Source: Deltaproteobacteria bacterium (lineage in GTDB: Bacteria; Myxococcota_A; Polyangia; Fen-1088). From it: a stretch of 64,000 nt of DNA. Position numbers and translations under genes: made by a program. Location of the stretch: the NCBI GenBank assembly GCA_016935975.1, contig JAFGPX010000176.1, forward strand, positions 6,372 to 70,371. Direction: 5' to 3'. Of this stretch, positions 38,562-47,948 are shown piece by piece. The notes beneath the pieces were generated by a model. That model was not told where the DNA came from, did not search any database, and was given only the letters and a program-made list of their open reading frames with translations. Numbering within the stretch: the stretch's first letter is position 1; every line of letters begins with the position of its first letter.

Positions 38562-41500
38562 AGGTGCGCGGGCTCGTTGCTGCGAGCTTGCTGCTCGCCG
38601 CGGGTTGCGCCGGCGCCTGGCGCGGCCCGAAGAGCGCGGCGCCACGAACCGATGCCGTGCGCGGCTGGGCCGAGTTGGCCGAGGGCAACGACACCGCGGC
38701 CGCCGCGAGCTTCGCGCGGGCGCTCGCCCGTGATCCGGCGGACGCGCGCGCCCTCTTCGGGGCGGCCAACCTGGCCTATGAGCAGGGACAAGTCGACGGC
38801 GCCCTGGCTCGCGCTCTCGACCTGCTCGAAGCCGCGAGCCGTGGGCAAGAGATCGCGGTCGGGCTTTCGATGGCGGTCTTGGCGCGCCTGCCGCGGCTTC
38901 TGGAGGAGATCCCCGACCGTCGGCCGGCCGAGGCGCGCCTTCTCGCGCTGGCGCCGCGGCGTCTGCCCTGGCAGGCGCAGTATGCCTTGGCGCTCTTGGT
39001 GATCGACATCGCTCGCAAACGCGCCGACGCGGAGCTCTTGGCCGAGGCGGCGGCGCGGGTGGGCTGTGCGAAGTCCATCGACTACGTGGGCACGGGCGGC
39101 CGGCTGCCGTTGCTGGATCTGGCCGCGGATACCTTGGTTCCTGTCGAGTCGCCTCGGCCCCTGGTGCCGGCCGGCTGCCTGTTCGAGATCAACACCACCG
39201 ACGGGCGCATGGGCGTCAAGGTGCTGCGCTCGCGGTTCGACCTGCCCGGCGGCCGCTACGAGATCGTCCTCAACTTCGCCGGCGCGGCCCGCGTGCGCGT
39301 GGATGGAGGACCCTGGCACTTGCACGGCGGGTCGCTGGAAGTCTACGGCCCGCGCTGGAGCGCCTTTCCCGTCACGCTCGCCGCCGGCAAGCACCAGGTG
39401 GAGATCCGCTTGGGTATGCACGGGGCGAGCGCGGAGCTGGCCTTGCTGGCGATTCCTGCGGCACGGCTCACCGGACCGGGGGACGTGTCGGCGTCCGAAG
39501 CGCCGATGTTGGAGCTGGCCCGGGCCCTGTCGGCCCATCTGGCGGGAGACAGCGACGCGGTCCAGGAGCAGACCGAACGCCTTGGCGCCCGGGTGCGCTT
39601 CGCGCTGGGGCTGGCGGCGGCCGGACGACTCGGAAGACTGGACATGACCCGACCTCTGGACGTCATGCGCGACAAGGCGAGAGCCTTGTGGCAGCAGGCG
39701 GTGACCGTGGACTCCCGACTGGCGCGGGTGTGGCTCGACCTGTCCGATCTGGAGATGCAGCAGGAGCGCCCGCGCGAGGCGGCCGCGCATGCCGAACGCA
39801 GCCGGCAGCTCGCGCCAGGCTGGTGGCCGGCGCAGCTCGGGTTGGCCAGCGCCTGGCGCGCGCAGGGACTGGAACAACCCGCCGACGAGGCGCTGGCGGC
39901 CGGGCTGGCACTGGTCGAACCCGGCTGGGGCGGATGCCAGATGATCGAGAGCGCCTTGCACCGAAAACGGGACCGGCAAGAGACCGCGGCGGTCGATCGC
40001 CTGGTGTCGGCGCTCGGTCGTTGCGATGCCCAGAATCCCCATCCTCGCACCTGGGCGCAGGAGCGAGGCCGGCTGGACGAGGCGCTTGCCCAGGTCGCCA
40101 GGGCGTTGCCCACCAGCGCGGAGCCGCTGTGGGTGCAATCCGAGCTGGCCGAGGCTCACCTCGCGCGTGGCGAGCCCGCTCTGGCGGCCGGCGTGCTCGC
40201 GGACATCCTGGACCGTTCGCCGCGCAACACGCGGGCCTGGATTCGACTTGCGGACGCCCAGACGGCAATGGGCAAGCCCGCGCAGGCGCGGGCCACGCTG
40301 GCGGAGGCGTTGCGCCGCCTGCCGGCCCGGCAGGACCTGCACCGGGCGGCCCGCTTGCTTGGACTGGCCTTGCCACTCGACGATTTCCGCGTCGCGGGTG
40401 GCAAGGTGGTGAGCGACTTCCTCGCCTCGGGGCGGCGGTACCAGGCGCCCGCCGTGGTCGTTCTGGACCGGGCGGTCGAGCGGGTGTTTTCGGACGGCGG
40501 CCGCCTGATGCTCACCCACACCATCACCCAGGTGCTGAGCAAGAACGCGGTCGAGCAGGTGGGCGAGGTCCACGTGCCGCACGGCGCTCAGATCCTGGCG
40601 CTGCGCACGCGCAAGGCGGACGGCACGCTCCGCGAGGCGGAGAAGATCCTGGGCAAGACGAGCATCTCGGCCCCCAACCTCGGGGTGGGCGACTTCGTGG
40701 AAACGGAGACTCTCGAGTTCAAGAGTCCGCGCGAGGCCTTTGCGCCCGGCTTTGTCGGCGAGCGCTTCTATTTCCAGTCGTTCGATGCGCCCCTGGATCG
40801 TTCCGAGTACGTGTTGATCGCGCCTGTGGATAGGCGTCTGGACGTGGACGCGCGCGCCGGCGCTCCCGTGCCGAGCGAGGCGCGAGGCGCGGACGGCACG
40901 CGCATCCTGACCTTCGTGCGGCGCGAGCAGCCGCAGCTCTTCCCGGAGCGCTCGGCCGTGCCCGCGGTGGAATGGATCCCGTCGGTGCGCGTGTCCAGCG
41001 GAGTGACGCTCGAGCTGTGGTCGCGTTTCGTCGCCGAGCGATTCGCGCGGGTGCCGCGCGGCTCGCCCGAGATACGCCGGCTGGCGGCTCGCATCGCAGC
41101 GGAGGCGGGCGGCAACCGGGACAAGCTGGCCGAGGCCGTCGTGGATTGGGTGCGCGAGAACATCGAGCCCGAGAACAGCTACGTGGAGTCCGCCACGGCG
41201 ACCGCGGCCCGCGGCCGCGGCAACCGCGCCGGGCTCGTGATAGCGCTTCTGCGCAGCCTGGGCGTGCCCGCCGATCTGGTCTTCGCCCGTTCGCGCCTGA
41301 CCGCCGAGGCCACGGCGCCCATCGAGCCGGCCCAGCTCGACGATTTCCACGAGGCACTGGTGCGCATACCGCGTCCCGAGGGCGATCGCTTCGTGGCGCC
41401 GCGGCTGCGCCACGCTCCGTTCGGTTTCGTGCCGAGCGGTCTCGACGGCGCCAAGGCCATTGTGGTGGGCACGAGCAAGATCCTGCCAGTCGCCACGACC

Positions 41501-42151
41501 GTGCCGGACGACCGACGCGTGACCTTGCGGGCGCGCCTGGCGGCGGACGGCAGCGCCGAGGTCGCCGTGAGCGAGGACGTGTCCGGATGGCCGGCGCTGG
41601 AATGGAGCGAGATGCTCGACCGCGCCGGCAAGGATCGCACGAAGCTGCGCCAGGAGTTCGAGCAGCGTTGGCTGGGGCATCATTTCCCCGGCGCCGAGCT
41701 GGACACGCTCGACGTCGACGCGGGGGTGGGGCGCGCGCGGGTCCGATACGCGTTCAAGGCGGCAGGGTTCGCAGATCGACGGAACGGCGAGCTGCGCTTG
41801 CGTCCGATCTTCTTCCGCGCCCGACCTGGACGCCGTTTCTGCACCGAACCGCAGCGCAAGACCACCCTCTTGCTGGGGCCGGACGTGCCCCTGGAGTTGG
41901 ACGCCGAGTTCGTGCTGCCGGCGGGCGCCGAGGTGCTCGACGTCGGGCAGAGCGGCGAGGTGAGCGCGGCCCCGGCGGCCTTCGTCGAGCGGCGGCAGGT
42001 GGTGGATGGCGGCAGCGTGAGAGTGCGCCGGCGTTCGCGCTTGCCGCTCATGCGGGTTCCGCCCGGCGAGTACCAGGCGGTGGCGGCCAGATTGCGCGCG
42101 GTCGATTCCCTGGAACAGGCCGAGATCCGCGTCGCCGCGCCAGACAAGTAG
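38558..42151 (+). CDS. Giant TPR / DUF3857-like / transglutaminase-like lipoprotein, predicted catalytically inactive paralog
   Basis: The GTG at 38558 overlaps the upstream stop (GTGA) and follows GGGAGG. Lipobox LLLAAGC. The architecture matches the upstream gene. The core segment reads ARGRGNRAGLVIALLRSLGVPADLV...FHEALVRIPRPEGDRFVAP, with no Cys and no Asp at the aligned positions. Confidence 0.75.
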   Translation: MKVRGLVAASLLLAAGCAGAWRGPKSAAPRTDAVRGWAELAEGNDTAAAASFARALARDPADARALFGAANLAYEQGQVDGALARALDLLEAASRGQEIAVGLSMAVLARLPRLLEEIPDRRPAEARLLALAPRRLPWQAQYALALLVIDIARKRADAELLAEAAARVGCAKSIDYVGTGGRLPLLDLAADTLVPVESPRPLVPAGCLFEINTTDGRMGVKVLRSRFDLPGGRYEIVLNFAGAARVRVDGGPWHLHGGSLEVYGPRWSAFPVTLAAGKHQVEIRLGMHGASAELALLAIPAARLTGPGDVSASEAPMLELARALSAHLAGDSDAVQEQTERLGARVRFALGLAAAGRLGRLDMTRPLDVMRDKARALWQQAVTVDSRLARVWLDLSDLEMQQERPREAAAHAERSRQLAPGWWPAQLGLASAWRAQGLEQPADEALAAGLALVEPGWGGCQMIESALHRKRDRQETAAVDRLVSALGRCDAQNPHPRTWAQERGRLDEALAQVARALPTSAEPLWVQSELAEAHLARGEPALAAGVLADILDRSPRNTRAWIRLADAQTAMGKPAQARATLAEALRRLPARQDLHRAARLLGLALPLDDFRVAGGKVVSDFLASGRRYQAPAVVVLDRAVERVFSDGGRLMLTHTITQVLSKNAVEQVGEVHVPHGAQILALRTRKADGTLREAEKILGKTSISAPNLGVGDFVETETLEFKSPREAFAPGFVGERFYFQSFDAPLDRSEYVLIAPVDRRLDVDARAGAPVPSEARGADGTRILTFVRREQPQLFPERSAVPAVEWIPSVRVSSGVTLELWSRFVAERFARVPRGSPEIRRLAARIAAEAGGNRDKLAEAVVDWVRENIEPENSYVESATATAARGRGNRAGLVIALLRSLGVPADLVFARSRLTAEATAPIEPAQLDDFHEALVRIPRPEGDRFVAPRLRHAPFGFVPSGLDGAKAIVVGTSKILPVATTVPDDRRVTLRARLAADGSAEVAVSEDVSGWPALEWSEMLDRAGKDRTKLRQEFEQRWLGHHFPGAELDTLDVDAGVGRARVRYAFKAAGFADRRNGELRLRPIFFRARPGRRFCTEPQRKTTLLLGPDVPLELDAEFVLPAGAEVLDVGQSGEVSAAPAAFVERRQVVDGGSVRVRRRSRLPLMRVPPGEYQAVAARLRAVDSLEQAEIRVAAPDK

Positions 42152-42269
42152 GAGGGGGACGGCCGGTTGGCCGCAACAACTCGGGCGCTCCAAAGCGGTT
42201 TCGGCCTTGCCTCGCGATGGTGTTCAGTGGAGCAGTTGCTTGAGAACGTGGCGAGGGACAGGGGCCGGG

Positions 42270-42758
42270 TCAGGCCGTGCCCGGAGATCCCGCGCGAACG
42301 ATGCGTCGCTCGGCCAACCTGTCGACCAAGCTGCACAGGTCATCGAGATCGAGAGGTCTTTCGAGCACGGCCGCCGCGCCGAGTTGTTTGGCTTGCTCGC
42401 GCAGGTCGTCGCTGCCGAACGCGGTGATGATGACCATGGGTGGGGTGTGCGAATCGCAACCCACGAGGGCCAGCACGCCCAGACCGCTCCACCTCGGCAT
42501 ATGCAGGTCGGCAACCACGACCGCGTAAGTCACCCCGGGTGACTGCCCGTTTAGCGAGTGGGCGAGGATGCGGTAGAGCTCGAAGCCGTCGCAGGCCGTG
42601 GTGACCTCGAAGCCGTGTTTCACGAATGAACGCTGGAGCAAAGTGCGAAAGTCCGCGTCATCCTCGGCGAGTAGCAGGTGTGCGCGCGTGGCTCTTGCCG
42701 TCCGCGGTCCGGTTCCGACGTCGAACGGGGGCGGATTCTCATTGATTGGAGTAGGCAT
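42270..42758 (-). CDS. Single-domain CheY-like response regulator
   Basis: The ATG at 42758 follows GGAG. Receiver motifs: HLLLAEDDADFR...VVVADLHMPRWSG...ITAFG. The ORF-track extension to 42938 is Arg-rich and unlikely to be translated. Confidence 0.8.
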   Translation of the reverse strand: MPTPINENPPPFDVGTGPRTARATRAHLLLAEDDADFRTLLQRSFVKHGFEVTTACDGFELYRILAHSLNGQSPGVTYAVVVADLHMPRWSGLGVLALVGCDSHTPPMVIITAFGSDDLREQAKQLGAAAVLERPLDLDDLCSLVDRLAERRIVRAGSPGTA

Positions 42759-42894
42759 GATGGGCTCCGGAGGAGTTGCATTCCGCGTGCCTGCTTGGCG
42801 CCCGGCTATCAGGTGTCGGCAGGGTTGTGCGTGCCCGATTGCCTCACGTGGAGATTCCCGCGAGGTCTCTCGGGCGGTTTTTCGGTGACGGCGC

Positions 42895-43009
42895 CGACGA
42901 AGAAGCGGCGTGACCCCTGACGACGAATTCCCGGACACTACGGGTTCTCCGTGGCACTACTGACGAAGAAACGGCGTGAGCCCTGACGATACATTTCCCG
43001 GCAGTACGG
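42895..43009. repeat. Two ~49 bp imperfect direct repeats, period ~66 bp, in a 463 bp divergent intergenic region
   Basis: Repeat 1 (42895-42943): CGACGAAGAAGCGGCGTGACCCCTGACGACGAATTCCCGGACACTACGG. Repeat 2 (42961-43009): TGACGAAGAAACGGCGTGAGCCCTGACGATACATTTCCCGGCAGTACGG. Confidence 0.7.
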
Positions 43010-43221
43010 CTCGTCTGGCGCGATGAACACCGCGCTCGAAGGTACCGCGCTTTTCGTGTGCGCGGCGAAACGTCTCGCCGAGACGATCTGTCACGGTGGA
43101 AAGCGCACCAAGACGAAGCAGAGGAAGGGCCATGGCCCGCCTCAGACACCCCAACGCCACGGCAGGTGAGAAGACTCCGTGGCATGGGGCTTGCTGACCG
43201 TCCTGGGAACGAAAGGAGGCA

Positions 43222-43494
43222 ATGATGCTACAGTTGACCCTCGCCGCTGCGAATCACCTTGAAGGTCTGCTTGCCGAGAAGGGTGCGTCAGCCAACGCGG
43301 CAATCCGCATTGTCCGAGGAACGTCGGGTGACCTACAGCTTCACACGGACTTGCCCAAGTCGGACGACGTTGGCATCGAGCACCAAGGAAAGACGCTCTT
43401 GATTCTCGACAAGCAGATCTCGGACCTGCTCAATGACCGCGTGTTGGATCTCGTTCCGAGTCCTGGAGGGAACACCCTGGCCTTGATGCCGTAG
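43222..43494 (+). CDS. Small HesB/IscA-like (Fe-S_biosyn fold) protein lacking the cluster-binding cysteines
   Basis: A strong SD (AAAGGAGG) lies 5 nt upstream of ATGATG. The N-terminus LQLTLAAANHLEGLLAEKG...AIRIV matches the IscA/HesB pattern, but the protein contains no Cys. GC content is visibly lower than in its neighbours. Confidence 0.55.
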   Translation: MMLQLTLAAANHLEGLLAEKGASANAAIRIVRGTSGDLQLHTDLPKSDDVGIEHQGKTLLILDKQISDLLNDRVLDLVPSPGGNTLALMP

Positions 43495-43708
43495 GTGGGG
43501 ATGCGCACGCTTTGCCAACGCCCGCTCGACCCAGTGGGAAAACCGATCGGTCGTGGTGGCACCCGACGGCCATGCAACGGTACCTTGGCGTACATCGCCA
43601 CCGACGCCATGCCCGGCGACGCAGACAGCCCCCGAAGGGAAGTCGCGTCGGCGGGGTGAAGTCGTCGCGGGCCGGCGCCAATCGCGCATCCCGTGCTACA
43701 AGTCGGGC

Positions 43709-44674
43709 ATGCCCATCCGAGTCGGAATCCGAGCTGCGGCGCTTCTCTGTCTGTCCGCTCTTGCCTGCGGCACGAGCGCGCCAGCCGATGGCTCCGCCGT
43801 CGGGCCGGAGGCAGAATCGCTGGCCAGCCCGCCGCGCACCATTCCCAGCGACGTGCCCTTCGCGTCGCTCGAGGGGCCGTTCTGGGTGGCGAACGGCGGG
43901 TATCTGATCTTCTCGGACGTGGTCGAGAGGAACGGCCCCGCGGCCAAGATCTACCGTTTCGATCCGGGGGCGCAGACGTTCACGACGCTCCTGTACCCGG
44001 GGGCGCCGGCCAGCACGAACGGCCTGGCCATGGACAACGACGGGCGGCTGCTGGCCTGCGAGCGGTGGAACGGGGCGCTGGTGCGAGTGTCCGGCGGGGT
44101 GCGCAGCCCGGTGGCCGAGCGCTCGCCCACCGGCGAAACCCTGAATGCGCCCAACGATGTGGTCTTGCGCGGGGACGGGAACATCTATTTCACGGACACG
44201 ACCTGGGGCGCGCGGCCCGGCGCGCACGCCAAGACCGCGCTCTACCGCGTATCGCCCGCGGACGAGATCTCCGTGGCTTTCCAGGTCGACATGCCGAATG
44301 GGGTCGCGCTGTCGCCGGACGGCCGGACTCTCTACGTGGGCAGCGACGCCCAGAATCGGCTGTGGCGGCTGCCGCTTGGGGACGATGGGGCGGTGGGCGT
44401 CCCCGAGCCGTTCGCGGATACGAGCGGACCAGGCGAGCTGCGCACCCCCGACGGGCTGTGCGCGGACGATCTGGGCCGCGTCTACGTCGCCAACAACAGC
44501 GCGGAGGGAAGCGCCGTCGTCGTCTTCGAGCGCGACGGTCGCTATGCGGGCCGTATCCCGTTGCCGGTGCCGCCGTCCAACTGCACGTTCGGCGGCACCG
44601 ATCGCCGCACGCTCTACATCACCACCCTGCACGCCATCTACCAAGCGCGGAGCGAAACACCCGGCTTGCCCTAG
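43709..44674 (+). CDS. SMP-30/gluconolactonase/LRE-like beta-propeller lipoprotein
   Basis: The internal ATG at 43709 gives MPIRVGIRAAALLCLSALAC. Typical SGL motifs: LEGPFWV, NGLAMDNDGRLLACE, PNDVVLRGDGNIYFTD, PNGVALSPDGRTLYV, PDGLCADDLGRVYVA, NCTFGGTDRRTLYIT. Confidence 0.85.
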   Translation: MPIRVGIRAAALLCLSALACGTSAPADGSAVGPEAESLASPPRTIPSDVPFASLEGPFWVANGGYLIFSDVVERNGPAAKIYRFDPGAQTFTTLLYPGAPASTNGLAMDNDGRLLACERWNGALVRVSGGVRSPVAERSPTGETLNAPNDVVLRGDGNIYFTDTTWGARPGAHAKTALYRVSPADEISVAFQVDMPNGVALSPDGRTLYVGSDAQNRLWRLPLGDDGAVGVPEPFADTSGPGELRTPDGLCADDLGRVYVANNSAEGSAVVVFERDGRYAGRIPLPVPPSNCTFGGTDRRTLYITTLHAIYQARSETPGLP

Positions 44675-44685
44675 GCCCCTGCGGC

Positions 44686-45960
44686 TCACTGGCGATACTG
44701 TGGGGCGGCGGCAAAGGCCTTCCCCAGCGCGGTGATCACGCGAACCTTGTTGGCGTCCTCCAGGTACAAGTGGTTGTACGTGTTCCACGGGTACCAGGCG
44801 TAGCGTTCGACCAGCGGCTTCTTCTGCAGCATGGGGATCGCGGCGTTGAAGAAATCGAGCACCGTCTTCTCGTCGGGATTGCTCGATCCCATGCAGCCGA
44901 ACTCGGTGATCCAGACGGGCAGGTTCCATTTCGATGCCCAGTTGACGGCGCCCTCGAGCTGGCCCGCCACGCACGAGCCGGCATTCCAGCCGTACCAGTG
45001 CATGGCGATGAAGTCGACGCGTAAGCCCTTCGCCTGAACCTGGGTCATGAAGCTCTCGAGCCAGGCCCGGCCGTCGTCGGAGACCGCGGGGCTGCCGACG
45101 CAAATCTCGGGATCGCTCGTCAGGGCCGGCCAGAGCGCGATGGCCTCGTCGACGGTCATGTCGGCTTGGTCGGACTTGTTCGGCTCGTTGAAGCCGAGGA
45201 CCGTCTTGTAGCCGGCGTCTCCGATGGCCTTGATGGCGGCCGCGACATCGCCCTTGCCCCAGACCATCGGCACGAAGTACGGGTCGTTGCAATCCGACGC
45301 CTGCGGCCGGGTTCCCCAGTTGTAGCACCAGGTGACTCCCAGCGCGGCGATCTCGCCCGCGGGCGAGTTCGCCACGCCCTTGTAGGGGGGGCGGCTCGTG
45401 TCTCCGCCCGAGCCCGTGGCGCCGCCGCTGCCGGTCGCGCCACCGGTGCGCGTGGCGCCACCGAGGTTGGACGTGCCGCCCGTCCCGGTCGCGCCTCCCG
45501 TGGCTCTGGCCGTTCCCGTCCTGCCGGCTCTGCCGCTGACGCCGCCGCTGCGAGGCGCGCCGCCCGTGCCGGAAACCCCTCCGGCGCGGGTCGCGCCACC
45601 CGTGCCCGTGGCTCCGCCGGAAGTCGTTGTGCCGCCCAGGCCGGCGCTTCCGCCCGTGCGGGTCGTTCCCCCAGCCGCGTCGCCGCCAGCACCGTTTCCC
45701 CCGGAAGCGACGGCGCCACCTGCCCCGAGACTGGAAGCGGACGTGCCGCCAAGGCCGCCGGCGCCGGTCGCCCCGCCCGCCGAAGCTCCACCGCCTGCGC
45801 TGCGAAGCCCCCCGGTGGCCGGCGGCCCGGATTCGGCTCGGTCGCCGGAGCATGCTCCGAGCGAGACGAGAGCGAGCGACAAAGCGGCCAGAAGACAGCG
45901 GCAGCCCTGCATACGGACGGTGTAGCACACAGGCCTTGCCGTGCGAAACCTGCGATTCAT
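44686..45960 (-). CDS. Secreted glycoside hydrolase (Glyco_hydro_cc / clan GH-A-like catalytic core) with Gly/Thr-rich linker
   Basis: The ATG at 45960 overlaps the upstream stop (ATGA); the alternative ATG is 45912. Lipobox SLGAC. The linker is long (TGGATGTGG-type). The catalytic core has LGFNEPN and VWITEFG, the acid/base and nucleophile Glu motifs. Confidence 0.8.
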   Translation of the reverse strand: MNRRFRTARPVCYTVRMQGCRCLLAALSLALVSLGACSGDRAESGPPATGGLRSAGGGASAGGATGAGGLGGTSASSLGAGGAVASGGNGAGGDAAGGTTRTGGSAGLGGTTTSGGATGTGGATRAGGVSGTGGAPRSGGVSGRAGRTGTARATGGATGTGGTSNLGGATRTGGATGSGGATGSGGDTSRPPYKGVANSPAGEIAALGVTWCYNWGTRPQASDCNDPYFVPMVWGKGDVAAAIKAIGDAGYKTVLGFNEPNKSDQADMTVDEAIALWPALTSDPEICVGSPAVSDDGRAWLESFMTQVQAKGLRVDFIAMHWYGWNAGSCVAGQLEGAVNWASKWNLPVWITEFGCMGSSNPDEKTVLDFFNAAIPMLQKKPLVERYAWYPWNTYNHLYLEDANKVRVITALGKAFAAAPQYRQ

Positions 45961-47291
45961 CGCGGCGCCAGATCCAACGTGACGTCGTTGTCGGCGGGTG
46001 GCAGGTCGGTCCAGATGCTCTCGAGCATGGCGCCGGCGAGGATTTCGATCGCGTTGGTGGACGCGAGCAGCCCCTGGACTTCTCGTAGGACGTCCGCGGG
46101 CATGACCTCGTCGCCCGCGTAGTGGGCCAGAAGGCCGTCGCCGAGCCAGGGCGCCAGGGCCGTCGCCTGGTCGGGGGAAAGCCCGTACGGCGGTTGCCGT
46201 ATCAGGTCGGCAATCTGCCCCTCGAGGCCCACGCGCAGGCTGTCGCGGGCGAGAGTTGGAAAATCGGCGGCGCCGCCGAGGTCGTAGTCGATGGCCGTGA
46301 TGTGCTTGGTGGCGATGGTCATGACGTCCGAGGCGAGGCCCACGATGCGGTAGGGACAGGGAAAGGTGACGGTCGCCCCGGTCTCGACGTCGAAGATGGG
46401 CGAGGCGGAAGCGCCGGGCTGTCCCTGGGTGATGTCGTTGGCGTGGAAGTGGCCGGTGAACACCACGCGCGCCCCGCCGTCGCCGAGCAGAGTGGCGACG
46501 ACATCGCGCTCGTCGATCACGTACTCCGGGAAGAGCAGGGTTTGGCTTCCGAAGTGCTCGAACAGCCCGTGATGCATCATGGCCAGGACACGGCATCCGC
46601 GTCGCCTGGCCTCGTCGAGCCACAGCCTGGTCCAGGCCTTCGTGCCGTCCGCGAGTCTTCCCCCGGTGAGCGCGCTGCCCGGCGTGTCGCCGTAGATGCA
46701 CGAGTCGAGCGCCAAGAGCCACAGACCGGGCACGAGCTCGGCGACGTAGCTGAGCGAGCCCGGGTCGCGGGCGATGGCTTGGTCGTATCCCAGGTTCCGG
46801 TAGATGTCGGCGAACTCCGCCGCCGAGATCGAGGCGACGGGCGTCACGGTGTCGCCGGCGTAGCTCTCGGCGTTGCCATTCTGGATATCGTGGTTGCCCG
46901 GCACGACGAAAACCCGGCGGCCGCCTGCGGTCATCTGGCGAAGGTAGTCGGCCGCGGCCTCGTGCGAGACCCGCTCCCCGTCCTTGGTCAGGTCGCCGGG
47001 GACGAGAACGATGTCCGGGCTCTCGGCTTCGACCAGGCCCACCATGGCGCGCAGGATGGCGTCGCTCTGTGCGATCAGCTTGCGGTCGCGCGCCACGCGG
47101 TCTTCGAAGGCTGGGCCGGCGATGCCGAGCGACGGGGCGAAGTAGTGGGGATCGGCGAAGACCAGCAGCCTGGCCACGGGTTCGTAGACCGGGGGCGCGT
47201 CGTCCCCGATGCCGCCGCATCCCGCGGCGAGGAGCAGGCCCAGCAGCCCGGTCGCGAGGCGGGGACCGGCTATGCCACGAAATCTCGACAT
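45957..47291 (-). CDS. Calcineurin-like metallophosphoesterase lipoprotein
   Basis: Lipobox LLLAAGC. Metallophosphoesterase motifs: FADPH, GDLTKDG, GNHD, MMHH, GHFH. Confidence 0.85.
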   Translation of the reverse strand: MSRFRGIAGPRLATGLLGLLLAAGCGGIGDDAPPVYEPVARLLVFADPHYFAPSLGIAGPAFEDRVARDRKLIAQSDAILRAMVGLVEAESPDIVLVPGDLTKDGERVSHEAAADYLRQMTAGGRRVFVVPGNHDIQNGNAESYAGDTVTPVASISAAEFADIYRNLGYDQAIARDPGSLSYVAELVPGLWLLALDSCIYGDTPGSALTGGRLADGTKAWTRLWLDEARRRGCRVLAMMHHGLFEHFGSQTLLFPEYVIDERDVVATLLGDGGARVVFTGHFHANDITQGQPGASASPIFDVETGATVTFPCPYRIVGLASDVMTIATKHITAIDYDLGGAADFPTLARDSLRVGLEGQIADLIRQPPYGLSPDQATALAPWLGDGLLAHYAGDEVMPADVLREVQGLLASTNAIEILAGAMLESIWTDLPPADNDVTLDLAPR

Positions 47292-47345
47292 GCGACTCCT
47301 CCGGGCGGCAACTCTATGGGCAAGTCGAGCCGCGTGCCACCCGGC

Positions 47346-47780
47346 TCAGTACTTCCCCAGCTTCTTCCACAGCCAACGGTGCAGGCTGTGCGGGAACCCC
47401 GCGTCGGTGTGCATGAGCAGGCACTCGCCGGCCACCACGGCGATGCCCTTGTCCCGGCACAGCGCGACCGCGGCTTCGGACTCGGCTCCTTGCTGCATCC
47501 AGATGTGCTTGATGCCCAGGCGGGCGCAGTCCTCGACCACGTTTTTCGTCTGCGCCGGCGGCACCACCGCGACGACCCCGGCGACCGGCTCGGGCAGATC
47601 GTCGAGCCGGCGGAAGCAGCGTTCCCCTTCGACGCTGTCGGTCTGCGAGTTGACCGGAAAGACGCGGTAGCCTTTCTGGCGCAGGTGCCGGAACAGCTTG
47701 TTGCCGAAACCGCGCGTGCGTGACACGCCGACCACTGCGAGGGTCTTCTGAGCGACGAAGGCATCCGAAGCGGCTGACAT
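47346..47780 (-). CDS. CoA-binding domain protein (YccU/CoA_binding_2-like)
   Basis: KTLAVVGVSRTRGFGNKLFRHLRQKGYRVFPVN...VVAVVPP...GIKHIWMQQG. A good SD (AAAGGAGAG) precedes the ATG at 47780. Confidence 0.8.
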   Translation of the reverse strand: MSAASDAFVAQKTLAVVGVSRTRGFGNKLFRHLRQKGYRVFPVNSQTDSVEGERCFRRLDDLPEPVAGVVAVVPPAQTKNVVEDCARLGIKHIWMQQGAESEAAVALCRDKGIAVVAGECLLMHTDAGFPHSLHRWLWKKLGKY

Positions 47781-47948
47781 GGCTCTCCTTTCGGGCTACG
47801 GGGAGGTTGCCGCGCCGGCGCCGACGATGTCGTGCCGGGCGTGGGAAGTATCGCAACAGGCAAGAGGCTGCGCAATGCTCGCGGCAACTCTCACCACGGG
47901 CTGCTAGCCCCCTCGGGCAATGCGCGCTAGTGTGCAAGGCCTTCCGCC

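Noticed and set aside
42957-43160. 67-aa minus-strand ORF (MALGCLRRAMALPLLRLG...) in the long spacer upstream of the response regulator.
   Set aside because: It has no SD and no recognisable motif. It overlaps the direct repeats, and its composition is compatible with a chance ORF. The evidence is insufficient.
47781-47948. Possible trp leader peptide/attenuator upstream of trpE.
   Set aside because: The only small ORF there (MLAATLTTGC) has no Trp codons. I saw no alternative terminator/antiterminator hairpins with a U-tract.
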